64,000 nucleotides of DNA from a bacterium (GTDB lineage Bacteria; Bacillota_I; Bacilli_A; RF39; UBA660), in the NCBI GenBank assembly GCA_963645945.1, contig CAVIUA010000048.1:9827-73826 (forward strand). Reading direction: 5' to 3'. The notes beneath the pieces were generated by a model, which was given only the letters and a program-made list of their open reading frames with translations, searched no databases and was not told the origin of the DNA. Of this stretch, positions 1-8,826 are shown in pieces; position 1 is the first letter of the stretch, and each line of letters opens with the position of its first letter. The position numbers were made by a program, and so were the translations under genes.

Positions 1-256
1 CCATATTTTCTATCTCAACAAAACCAAAACCTTTTTTATTGGTTCTCATTACACCTTTTCTTAAATGACTCTTTTCAAGCATCATATATTTATCTTTATT
101 AGAATGATATACAACAACCTCATCTTCTAACTTTCTAAGTTCATCACTAAGTTCTTTAGCCTGATTAACATCATTTATGTGTAACATATCTTGTAACTCA
201 TAAATATCAAGAGCTCTATCACTATTCTTTAAAATATTTAAAATATCATCTTTCAT
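1..256 (-). CDS. rnr: Ribonuclease R, N-terminal fragment (gene continues past the left edge)
   Basis: Not in the ORF track because it is truncated. Manual minus-strand translation from ATG at 256 gives MKDDILNILKNSDRALDIYELQDMLHINDVNQAKELSDELRKLEDEVVVYHSNKDKYMMLEKSHLRKGVMRTNKKGFGFVEIENM. This is a winged-helix N-domain followed by the KGFGF start of the cold-shock/OB domain, as in RNase R. RBS AAGAGGGTGA lies just upstream. secG-rnr adjacency is common in Bacillota. Confidence 0.6.
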   Translation of the reverse strand, partial: MKDDILNILKNSDRALDIYELQDMLHINDVNQAKELSDELRKLEDEVVVYHSNKDKYMMLEKSHLRKGVMRTNKKGFGFVEIENM

Positions 257-304
257 TAAATCACCCTCTTATTCATCTTATCATTATTATACTTCATAAT
301 CTCC

Positions 305-335
305 AAAAAAAAAAGACATATACAAAATATATGTC
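305..335 (-). terminator. Intrinsic terminator after secG
   Basis: Minus strand reads GACATATA-TTTTG-TATATGTC followed by a run of ten T. Confidence 0.55.
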
Positions 336-347
336 AAATCACATTAC

Positions 348-563
348 TTATATAAACATAGAAACTAAGCAAATAATAAAGAAACTTAATCCTAAAATTA
401 AAGTAATACGACTAATAACTAACTCTGAACCACGTTCTTTTCTCTTACTGAATAAGTCTGAACTACTACCAGATAAAATTTGAGCAGCACTTTCAGCTTT
501 ACCAGATTGAAGAAGAACTATAATAATTAATAAAATGGAAATAATTAAAAGTACCTTTTCCAT
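348..563 (-). CDS. secG: Preprotein translocase subunit SecG
   Basis: Track ORF 348..584 trimmed to ATG 563 (MEKVLLIISILL...), which has a GGAGGTG RBS upstream. 71 aa with two hydrophobic segments separated by a G/S-rich loop (LQSGKAESAAQILSGSSS), typical of SecG. Confidence 0.75.
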   Translation of the reverse strand: MEKVLLIISILLIIIVLLQSGKAESAAQILSGSSSDLFSKRKERGSELVISRITLILGLSFFIICLVSMFI

Positions 564-618
564 AAAACACCTCCGTTTTAACAATACTTATAATACCATA
601 AATATCCTTTAGTTGCAA

Positions 619-1368
619 CTAATGAAGAATCTTTTTTACTTTAACATTAATAAATTCACCAATAGATTCATCTCTTTTTTCATATACTTCTTCTGATAAA
701 GTACTTAAAAACTCTGGCGAATTAGTACAATTCTTAACCCAGGCAGATAACTGTTTCTTATCTTGTGACGAAAAATCATTATCATACTGCATCATAAAAA
801 ACAACATCTTAGAAATAACAAAATTAAAAGTAGTATTATTTTTAGAAGCTAAATCTCCTGCAGAATATATCTGATATTTATCCATATCACACAAATGTAA
901 AAAGTCATCTGTATATATATAACTACCTCTATTAACATCACTAACAAGTATTTTATTATTAGTTAAATTTTCAAAGTCTAAAGCAAGTTCAAGTATTGAA
1001 TCAAACAAGTCTGAACAAGTAAATTCCGTAGGTCTTTTATATAATGATGTTCCTTCTTTTTTAGGACTATTAACAGCATCTAAATAATTCATAACATACC
1101 CAATAAAATTTCCATCAACATCCGAAAAAGTATCAATTGGATTAGTTATTCTTCTTAAATATAAGTTTTCTAAAAAAGCAATTGCCTTATCATAAGTCAT
1201 TAATCCTTTTTTTCTACGCAATGTAACATCATACTTTAACACTTTTAATGCTTTATCGCCATGTCTAAAAACAATACCATCATGACCAGCGCCAATTTTT
1301 TCTAATACATGAATATTAGGAATGACCTCATGAGAACTATCTAAAATAATACTCTTAGCATTAGTCAT
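619..1368 (-). CDS. Protein-kinase-like fold protein, function unknown
   Basis: 249 aa. Gly-rich loop EKIGAGHDGIVF, lysine in KALKVLK, catalytic-loop-like VSDVNRGSYIY and DFG-like LCDMDKY occur in the order expected for a protein-kinase-like/APH fold. The ATG overlaps the stop of the upstream proS by 8 nt. Confidence 0.55.
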   Translation of the reverse strand: MTNAKSIILDSSHEVIPNIHVLEKIGAGHDGIVFRHGDKALKVLKYDVTLRRKKGLMTYDKAIAFLENLYLRRITNPIDTFSDVDGNFIGYVMNYLDAVNSPKKEGTSLYKRPTEFTCSDLFDSILELALDFENLTNNKILVSDVNRGSYIYTDDFLHLCDMDKYQIYSAGDLASKNNTTFNFVISKMLFFMMQYDNDFSSQDKKQLSAWVKNCTNSPEFLSTLSEEVYEKRDESIGEFINVKVKKILH

Positions 1369-3034
1369 TAAGTTTTTCTACTACCTCATCAAAACTTAAA
1401 TTAATACTTTCATTATCTGTTCTCTTTTTATATTCAACCATTCCCGCAACAGCACCCTTACCTACAACAATTCGATAAGGTATACCAATTAAATCGGTAT
1501 CTTTAAACTTAACACCAGCTCTTAAATCTCTATCATCCAACATAACTTCTACACCTAATGAAGTTAATTTATCATACAATTCATTAGCGACCTTAACTTG
1601 TACTTCATCTTTCATATTTACTATAATAATAGATGCTTTATATGGTGCAATTTCTTCTGGGAAAATAATACCATTATCATCATTGTTCTGTTCAACAATT
1701 GCAGCCATTATTCTACCTACTCCTATACCATAAGAACCCATAGTAACAACACATTCTTTATTATTCTCATCCAAATATGTTAAACCTAACTTTTCAGCAT
1801 ACTTAGTACCAAGTTTAAATAAATTACCAACTTCGATTCCTTTTTTGAAATATAATTTACCAGAACAACATGGACAAGTATCACCTTCTACAACATTACT
1901 AATATCTTCTGCCATATCATATTTAATATCAGAAACATTAGCGTTTATATAATGATATCCTCCTTTGTTAGCTCCACAACAGAAATTTTTCATAGTTAAA
2001 ATTTCTTTATCCACAACTACTTTACAATTTAAATCTACAGGACCAGTATAACCAGGAACAGCATTACTCTTACTAATTAACTCATCATCAGCAAATCCAA
2101 ACTCACTAACACCAAATAATTTACAAACTTTATTTTCATTTAATGATCTATCACCTCTTACAAAGAAAGCTACTAACTCTCCAGAAACATTCATAAGTAA
2201 AGCTTTAACAGACTTTTTAACATCAAGTTTCAAGTAATTACATACATCTTCTATTGTTTCTTGATGAGGAGTTTCTACCATTTCCATTTTCTTTTCTTCT
2301 TCTTCACTAGGAATAATTGTATTACCAGCAACTTCCATATTAACAGCATAATCACATTTATCACATAAAACTAAAGTATCTTCACCAATATCAGTAACAG
2401 CTTGATATTCTTCAGACAAAGTACCACCCATAGCACCAGTATCAGCTTTAACAATTCTATATTCAAGACCAAGTCTATCATAAATATTATTATAAGCTTT
2501 CTTCATAACAGCGTAACTTTCATCAAGTCCAGCTTCATCTTTATCAAAAGAATAAGCATCTTTCATAATAAATTCTCTAACTCTAATAAGTCCAAATCTT
2601 GGTCTAGTCTCATCTCTAAACTTATCAGCTTGTTGATACAAAGTAAAATGTAAATCTTTGTAACTTTGTACCATACTCTTAGCCGCAATAGTAAATAACT
2701 CTTCATGAGTAGGTCCAAGTACATATGGTTTCTCATATCTATCATTTAAATTAAACATATCATTACCAAATGCTTCAGTTCTACCGCATGTATCATATAC
2801 TTCTCTAGGTATCAAAGAAGGCATTAATAACTCTTGAGCACCAGCTTTATCCATTTCATCTTTTACAATATAACGAATCTTATCAAGAACTCTAAGTCCC
2901 AAAGGTAAAAACATATAAATACCAGAACTAACCTTCTTAATCATCCCAGAACGAACTAGCAAATTACCAGATTTACTATCCTCATCTTTTACATCTTCAC
3001 GTAATGTAAAAAAATAACTTTTACTTAATTTCAT
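1361..3034 (-). CDS. proS: Prolyl-tRNA synthetase, bacterial type with insertion (editing) domain
   Basis: 557 aa. Class II aaRS core with a long insertion between motifs 2 and 3 and a C-terminal anticodon-binding domain. Length and layout match bacterial-type ProRS. Confidence 0.92.
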   Translation of the reverse strand: MKLSKSYFFTLREDVKDEDSKSGNLLVRSGMIKKVSSGIYMFLPLGLRVLDKIRYIVKDEMDKAGAQELLMPSLIPREVYDTCGRTEAFGNDMFNLNDRYEKPYVLGPTHEELFTIAAKSMVQSYKDLHFTLYQQADKFRDETRPRFGLIRVREFIMKDAYSFDKDEAGLDESYAVMKKAYNNIYDRLGLEYRIVKADTGAMGGTLSEEYQAVTDIGEDTLVLCDKCDYAVNMEVAGNTIIPSEEEEKKMEMVETPHQETIEDVCNYLKLDVKKSVKALLMNVSGELVAFFVRGDRSLNENKVCKLFGVSEFGFADDELISKSNAVPGYTGPVDLNCKVVVDKEILTMKNFCCGANKGGYHYINANVSDIKYDMAEDISNVVEGDTCPCCSGKLYFKKGIEVGNLFKLGTKYAEKLGLTYLDENNKECVVTMGSYGIGVGRIMAAIVEQNNDDNGIIFPEEIAPYKASIIIVNMKDEVQVKVANELYDKLTSLGVEVMLDDRDLRAGVKFKDTDLIGIPYRIVVGKGAVAGMVEYKKRTDNESINLSFDEVVEKLND

Positions 3035-3046
3035 AAAAACACTTCC

Positions 3047-4468
3047 TTAATATTGAATTCCCCAAATAACATGATGTTTTGCTTCAGCACCACAAACAAC
3101 ACATTTTCCATCAATTAAATCATCATCAACAATACAACGAGACTTACAACCTTTTATTTCTTTTACTTTAAGTTCACACTCTTTTTTACCACACCAATCA
3201 GCATGAATAAATCCTGGTTGAGTATTAAGAATATTTTCCATCTCATTCAAATTATGTGCCTCAAATGTTAATCTATCTCTTCTCTCTACCGCTCTATTAT
3301 ACATATCTTTCTGAATTGTTTCTAATAATTCTTTAACGTACGAAAGAAGATTAATATCACTAGATTCTACTATTTTTTCCCTAGTATCTCTTCTAACAAA
3401 TGTAATATTATTATTTGAAAAATCTCTCTTACCAATTTCAATTCTCAATGGTATTCCATTAACTTCTGCTTCTGCAAATTTAAAACCTGGACTTCTATCA
3501 GTTTTATCCATATAAGAAGTAATAAAATTATCATTTAATATTTTATTGTATTCTTCACATTTCTTAAGTACTTCTTCATCGTTTCCAACTGGTATAATAA
3601 CTACCTGTTTAGGAGCAATTCTAGGTGGCAAAACTAAACCATAATCATCACCATGAACCATTATCAAACATCCTATCATTCTAGTAGTACTACCCCATGA
3701 AGTTTGATATACATATTCCTGTTTATTTTCTTTATTTAAAAACTTAACGTCATAAGCCTCTGCAAATTTTTGTCCAAAATAATGTGAAGTACCATCTTGT
3801 AAAACAACACCATTATACATTAAAGCTTCATTAGTTAAAGTATACTCCGCTCCAGCGAATTTTTCTTTTTCAGTTTTTCTGCCGACTATCGAAGGAACTG
3901 CTAATACTTCATGATGAAACCATTTATATACCTCAACCATTCTTTTTGTTTCTTCTTCAGCCTCACTACTTGTACTATGAATTGTATGACCTTCTTGCCA
4001 TAATATTTCTCTATCTCTCAAAAAAGGTCTAGTTTCCTTTTCCCAACGAACAATATTACACCATTGATTATAAAGTTTAGGTAAATCTCTATATGATTTA
4101 ACATGAGTTCTATAATAATCACAAAATAAAGTCTCACTGGTTGGTCTAACACATAATCTCTCTTCTAATTGTTTTTCTCCTCCATGTGTAACCCAGGCAA
4201 CTTCTGGCGCAAATCCTTCAACAAGTTCAGTTTCTTTTCTCAATAAATTTTCTGGTATCAATAAAGGCAACTTAACATTAGTATGACCAAGTTCTTTAAA
4301 TTTTTTATCAAGAATTTCTTCTATCTTCTCCCATATTGCATAACCATTAGGTTCTAAAACAGGACAACCCTTAACAGAAGAATAATCAATTAATTTAGCT
4401 GCTCTTAAAATATCAGTATACCATTTAGCAAAATCAACATTTCTACTAGTAATAGCTTCATTTTTCAT
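3047..4468 (-). CDS. proS: Prolyl-tRNA synthetase, archaeal/eukaryote-like type (no insertion domain)
   Basis: Start trimmed to ATG 4468 (MKNEAITSRNVDFAKWY...) with an AGGAGG RBS. 473 aa, no INS domain, and a Cys-rich C-terminal extension ending VIWGIQY as in the archaeal-like ProRS class. The 18 extra N-terminal codons in the track are the translated T-box terminator. Confidence 0.9.
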   Translation of the reverse strand: MKNEAITSRNVDFAKWYTDILRAAKLIDYSSVKGCPVLEPNGYAIWEKIEEILDKKFKELGHTNVKLPLLIPENLLRKETELVEGFAPEVAWVTHGGEKQLEERLCVRPTSETLFCDYYRTHVKSYRDLPKLYNQWCNIVRWEKETRPFLRDREILWQEGHTIHSTSSEAEEETKRMVEVYKWFHHEVLAVPSIVGRKTEKEKFAGAEYTLTNEALMYNGVVLQDGTSHYFGQKFAEAYDVKFLNKENKQEYVYQTSWGSTTRMIGCLIMVHGDDYGLVLPPRIAPKQVVIIPVGNDEEVLKKCEEYNKILNDNFITSYMDKTDRSPGFKFAEAEVNGIPLRIEIGKRDFSNNNITFVRRDTREKIVESSDINLLSYVKELLETIQKDMYNRAVERRDRLTFEAHNLNEMENILNTQPGFIHADWCGKKECELKVKEIKGCKSRCIVDDDLIDGKCVVCGAEAKHHVIWGIQY

Positions 4469-4482
4469 AAAAACTCCTCCTA

Positions 4483-4690
4483 AAATAAAAAGGATGATAC
4501 CTATAAGGAGTGCTAGTAGCACGGTACCATCCTTTATTTAACTCAAAATTTATAACGGTGCATAACACCGGAAGTAAAAACTTCTTCAAGAAAGGTAGGA
4601 ATTATATTAGATTATAATTAAGTTCACACTATCCTTAACTCACTATCTATAAGAGCTAATATAATTATGGTCTTTCCAATGAATTTAAAA
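4483..4690 (-). promoter_or_regulatory. T-box leader (probable proline specifier CCU) with terminator/antiterminator
   Basis: Minus strand reads AAATAAAGGATGGTACCGTGCTACTAGCACTCCTTATAGGTATCATCCTTTTTATTTT. The T-box core is GGATGGTACCGTG (consensus GGGTGGTACCGCG). An alternative terminator stem AAAGGATGGTACC / GGTATCATCCTTT is followed by a T-run. The upstream stem-I-like segment (AGCTCTTATAGATAGTGAG ... AATTCCTACC) contains CCU followed by A as candidate specifier. Confidence 0.8.
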
Positions 4691-4698
4691 CTGATAAT

Positions 4699-4727
4699 AT
4701 TCTATTATTTTTTTATAAAAATGTCAA
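4699..4727 (-). promoter_or_regulatory. Sigma-A type promoter for the T-box/proS operon
   Basis: Minus strand TTGACA - 17 nt - TAGAAT, ending a few nt before the leader begins. Confidence 0.5.
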
Positions 4728-4849
4728 TAATAACTAGCTAAGTTCTAAAATAAATATAGGAGCTAAAACAATCATACATTTATCATAATACAGCATTGAA
4801 AATTATTACATAATTATAAGTGAAAAAACTCAGTCCACCTAAACTCAAA

Positions 4850-5611
4850 CTATTTAAAATTCAATCCAATTTCATACGGAAATAAAATTGATAAGTTAAC
4901 TGGTTCCTCTGTGAAAATTATTCTTTTTGAATGAGCTATCATAAAGCCAAATTCAAACATTGTACCTCTACCAACAATTCCTTTAGGATTACAGACTACA
5001 ATAGCATCTGCTTTTTTAAATTTGTTCATATGATCCAACTTATGACGCCACGCATCTCTTTCGTTTTCAAGTTCTTGTCCTTCTAACAAAATGAAGTCCG
5101 TCCCAAGTGTTTCTTCGACAATTTTTTCAGTCCATGGGCTTAACACCTCAATATTATGTTTTTTCATAATATTCATAACTTCACCGATTTCCTTCATATA
5201 TTGTTGAAAACTACCACAAACAACTACTGATCTAAACTCTTGTTTCACCAAACCTTCAATTATATTATTATTAACACTATTTTTTAAATAAAAATCTTCA
5301 AGACTTTTTTCTAAAACATTAAGATATAAACCAAAAGTAGTATAAAATCGTATTATCAATTGTTGTTTTTCTTCCAAAGAAAAACTCTCAAACACACCAG
5401 TTGCAAACAATCTAGTATTTTTGTTATTGATTTCATATCCATTATCCTTAAGGCTATTAATTATTCTATCAATCTTTCTAAACAACTCATCATTGACATA
5501 TGTCTCATTAAAAAATATATCACATGTTTTCAACAATGTTAATTTAGTAGACAAGGCATAGATAACTGTTTTATTTGTATCGAAGTGAATTAGTATTTTT
5601 TCATCTTGCAT
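4850..5611 (-). CDS. Two-domain protein with a C-terminal nucleoside 2-deoxyribosyltransferase-like domain
   Basis: Start set to ATG 5611, with RBS AGGAAGG 9 nt upstream. The C-terminal ~125 aa (VVVCGSF...DAIVVCNPKGIVGRGTMFEFGFMIAHSKRIIF) fit the Rossmann-like deoxyribosyltransferase/LOG-like fold, including the G-T-x-x-E motif. The N-terminal ~125 aa are unassigned. Confidence 0.5.
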   Translation of the reverse strand: MQDEKILIHFDTNKTVIYALSTKLTLLKTCDIFFNETYVNDELFRKIDRIINSLKDNGYEINNKNTRLFATGVFESFSLEEKQQLIIRFYTTFGLYLNVLEKSLEDFYLKNSVNNNIIEGLVKQEFRSVVVCGSFQQYMKEIGEVMNIMKKHNIEVLSPWTEKIVEETLGTDFILLEGQELENERDAWRHKLDHMNKFKKADAIVVCNPKGIVGRGTMFEFGFMIAHSKRIIFTEEPVNLSILFPYEIGLNFK

Positions 5612-6329
5612 ATATAACATCCTTCCTATTTTTTTTCAAAGCATCAAGATATTTTTTTAAATATAAATCTTTATTTTTAGAATTATATTGCATTATAAAT
5701 CTTGGATGTTCCAAAGGAATAATTTCTTCAAAAAAATTATATTTCCTATTTAGTTTTAATAAATATTCATAGTTTTTGCCAGAGCCAATGCAATAACACA
5801 CAGAAGTATCTATATCAAATTTTAGTATTTCATTAATAGATTCAAGTATATATTTATCAAATTTTTCTTCATAATGTTTTATTTCATAATAATTACAGTT
5901 TACCAGATTACCTTTAGAATTGACTTTTGCTATTCCCAAAGGAAATACAAAATTCATATAAAAATCATTATAAAATTTTTCACATCCACCATATTGCTCT
6001 ATAACATCATAAAGAAAATTTGAAGATGATTTATTAACATAAAAATCATCTATAAATATACCCGTTTCTTTTTGCAAATGAACTGCATCTTCAAAGGGAA
6101 TTCCTGTAACGGCGGATGCTCTCCTAGCTGGATTACTTCCTAGTATTAATCTCCTTTTATTATTGTCATTATAAAACCTATCATAAAATTTCTTAGTAAT
6201 AAGTTGGACTTGCTCTTTATGTTCATCATTATAAGGATTTAATATTTTATAATCATCAAATGGTTCAATTTCGATTTTAGCTAAGTTATCACAATAATTT
6301 AAAATTTTATCTGAGTTTACTGTATTCAA
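5601..6329 (-). CDS. Uracil-DNA-glycosylase-superfamily-like protein (DUF4918-like)
   Basis: 242 aa. LILGSNPARRASAVTGIPFED and PLEHPRF resemble UDG-superfamily motif A (G-x-x-P-G type) and motif B (H-P-S type). The assignment is from memory of the family, not searched. The stop overlaps the next gene's start by 11 nt. Confidence 0.45.
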   Translation of the reverse strand: MNTVNSDKILNYCDNLAKIEIEPFDDYKILNPYNDEHKEQVQLITKKFYDRFYNDNNKRRLILGSNPARRASAVTGIPFEDAVHLQKETGIFIDDFYVNKSSSNFLYDVIEQYGGCEKFYNDFYMNFVFPLGIAKVNSKGNLVNCNYYEIKHYEEKFDKYILESINEILKFDIDTSVCYCIGSGKNYEYLLKLNRKYNFFEEIIPLEHPRFIMQYNSKNKDLYLKKYLDALKKNRKDVIYAR

Positions 6330-6331
6330 TA

Positions 6332-7597
6332 TTATACCACCTTACTGTTTTGATTCTTATTAACTTTTGCACTAATATATATTTCTCCATTTGTCGGAGT
6401 TAATTCAATATCAACAAAATTCAAATCTAGCAATATATCTAATAAATTTCTAAACATATCTAACCCACGATACAAATCAACAAAATCCAATCCAGGAATT
6501 ATAATACCAGGAATAATTTTTTTCTCTTTTGTATCTAAAAAACCATTTGATATTGATATTATTATAACAGCATTATTCTTTAGAACTCTATAGGCTTCTT
6601 TAAGAGCTTGTTTTACATCAAAAAATGATGAGTTATATGTTCTTAGAGATACATATAAATCATAACTGTTATCTGTTAGTTCATGTAAATTTTCAGCTCT
6701 CTCCTGAATTATTTGAGAAGCCGGAATTGCTTTTTTAACTTTCTTTAATCCATTAGGTGCGATATCAACAAATGTTATATTGGCACAATTAAAAAACAAT
6801 TCACGTGCTTCATTGCCACCACCAACACCAACATTCAATATATTAATTTCATTCAGCGATTTATTATTTGTTTTATTATAAATATCATTAAATACTTTAC
6901 TCCAATTTGTATTAACAGATCTAATATCATTAGCGTAATTATATGCGGAGTATTTATGATCAAATGCATCAGATAATATACTAGTTATTAATTTGTAAAG
7001 CTTTGTCCCTGATATATTAAATTTTTTTGATATATAAGCAGATAGTTTTTCAACCTGTTTTTGTTGTAAAATTTCTTCAAATTCTAGTTTTATTCCATAT
7101 AAATCTAACTTTTCTTTTAAAAAGCGACTTATTCTATTACTATAATAATATTCACTATATTTTATATTTTGTTTACTTTCTTTATACAAATTATAGTTTT
7201 GCTTAAATATATTTTCTTGTAATTCATCATTAAATCTAAAAATATTTTTGTTATTTAAAACTGGATCATTATCCAAATAGCAATTCAATTTAGGATCAGG
7301 AAGTCCTATAAAAATATTTTCAACTTCAATTGTACTTAATAACTTATTTAAGTCAAATTCTTCTTTATCATTTAATGTATTAATTGTTAAATATAAATTT
7401 TCGATTTTTGTAATTTTTTTATTTTTTAATTTTATTATTAAATTATCTGCCCAAGCGCAATCTCCATTATTAGTACTAGAATGTTCTATTAATTGATCAT
7501 TATTTACAACTAACGCTGAAACTCTAATTAATTCACTATCTATTTTATCTGCAATTTTAATAGCATACTTCATCCAATAGTAATTATTATTTGTCAT
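6332..7597 (-). CDS. Fusion of a degenerate RibD/CMP-deaminase-like domain and a class I SAM-dependent methyltransferase
   Basis: 421 aa. The N-terminal ~140 aa follow the deaminase-fold pattern (YWMKYAIKIADK, LYLTINT, IFIGLPDP), but the H-x-E and C-x-x-C zinc ligands are missing. The C-terminal half has methyltransferase motif I ILNVGVGGGNEA and post-I FVDIAP. Confidence 0.55.
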   Translation of the reverse strand: MTNNNYYWMKYAIKIADKIDSELIRVSALVVNNDQLIEHSSTNNGDCAWADNLIIKLKNKKITKIENLYLTINTLNDKEEFDLNKLLSTIEVENIFIGLPDPKLNCYLDNDPVLNNKNIFRFNDELQENIFKQNYNLYKESKQNIKYSEYYYSNRISRFLKEKLDLYGIKLEFEEILQQKQVEKLSAYISKKFNISGTKLYKLITSILSDAFDHKYSAYNYANDIRSVNTNWSKVFNDIYNKTNNKSLNEINILNVGVGGGNEARELFFNCANITFVDIAPNGLKKVKKAIPASQIIQERAENLHELTDNSYDLYVSLRTYNSSFFDVKQALKEAYRVLKNNAVIIISISNGFLDTKEKKIIPGIIIPGLDFVDLYRGLDMFRNLLDILLDLNFVDIELTPTNGEIYISAKVNKNQNSKVV

Positions 7598-7620
7598 TTT
7601 TAAATGTCACCTTTCTTTTT

Positions 7621-8265
7621 CTAACCTAAGTCGTCAAAACTGTTGGACAATGCCCCTTTTGATATCGCTTCCCAAAAATAAACTGAAACTATAGTAGAAT
7701 ATGGCATCCAATCAGAAAAATATTTTTCTACGTCTTGGTTAGAAGGCAAGTCTTCAAGATCATACATCCATTTTAATACTCTTTTAATAGTATAATCACC
7801 TTTAGAAAGAACATTTTCACGGCCTAATGAAAATATTAAATACATTTCTACTGTCCAATTACCAATTCCTTTTATTTTTGTTAGCTCATTTCTGATTTCT
7901 TGATTAGTGAGCTTTTTAACAGCATTAAGATCAAATTGATTATTTAATATAGCACAAGAGAAATTTTTAATATATGTAATTTTTTGTTTACAAATACCAA
8001 AAGATCTTAATTCATCCTCATTAATAATATTCAATGTTTCAGGTGAAATATCTTGATATTTTTCACATAATTTTTTCCAAATAGATTCACGGGTTTTATC
8101 ACTTATCTGTTGTCCTATAATATATTTTACAATGCATTTAAAGTCATCATCCTCAATTGGTATAGAACAAGATCTAATATACTTTATTAGTTTACCTAAT
8201 TTTTCATCAGAATTTATTAAAAATTGAACTTGTTTATTATTTAAATTATATTTTTTTACTTTCAT
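7621..8265 (-). CDS. HhH-GPD DNA glycosylase (AlkA / 3-methyladenine DNA glycosylase II-like)
   Basis: 214 aa. IIGQQIS, helix-hairpin-helix LTKIKGIGNWTVEMYLIF, and the downstream Asp region SKGDYTIKRV. Confidence 0.75.
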   Translation of the reverse strand: MKVKKYNLNNKQVQFLINSDEKLGKLIKYIRSCSIPIEDDDFKCIVKYIIGQQISDKTRESIWKKLCEKYQDISPETLNIINEDELRSFGICKQKITYIKNFSCAILNNQFDLNAVKKLTNQEIRNELTKIKGIGNWTVEMYLIFSLGRENVLSKGDYTIKRVLKWMYDLEDLPSNQDVEKYFSDWMPYSTIVSVYFWEAISKGALSNSFDDLG

Positions 8266-8268
8266 AAA

Positions 8269-8826
8269 TTATTTATTATTAATCTGTTCTAATACGATAC
8301 TTTCTAATATTCTCTTAAAAATAGACCAAGAAACTTCTTTTTCTGTCAACCCATCATAATTATTATTAATTCTTGTTATTATTTCATCTTTAGAAAAATA
8401 TTTTGCATCAGATACTTCTTCTTTCTGTAATACTAAATCATTTATATTAACATCTTTTGTAATTAAATAACATTCGTCATAGTGATTATTAATATAACCA
8501 TTTTTATTATATCGTGATGTAGTACCTACAAGATATTTTATATCATCATCACTTATATCAATTCCTAGTTCTTCCCTGCATTCTCTTATTAGTGCTTGAC
8601 GGCCAAATTCTCCTGCATTAACATGTCCTCCTATAGTAACATCCCATTTATTTGGCCACAGTTTTTTATTTGCACTTCTTTTTTGTAATAAGACATTAAA
8701 ATCTTTATCAACTATAAAAGCATAAACAGCCCTATGCCATAATCCATTTGTATGACATTCATCTCTAGTAGCAACTTTACCAGTAAATTCTCCTAATTCA
8801 TTAAGAACATCAAATTTTTCGTCCAT
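8269..8826 (-). CDS. Nudix hydrolase
   Basis: 185 aa with Nudix box GGHVNAGEFGRQALIRECREELGI. The ATG overlaps the LysR stop (TAATG). Confidence 0.8.
   Translation of the reverse strand: MDEKFDVLNELGEFTGKVATRDECHTNGLWHRAVYAFIVDKDFNVLLQKRSANKKLWPNKWDVTIGGHVNAGEFGRQALIRECREELGIDISDDDIKYLVGTTSRYNKNGYINNHYDECYLITKDVNINDLVLQKEEVSDAKYFSKDEIITRINNNYDGLTEKEVSWSIFKRILESIVLEQINNK

Noticed and set aside
4469-4522. Hydrophobic N-terminal extension (MLLALLIGIILFILGGVF) that would give the second ProRS a signal-peptide-like start
   Set aside because: These codons are the T-box terminator and RBS region. The AGGAGG RBS precedes the internal ATG at 4468, and archaeal-type ProRS begins there.
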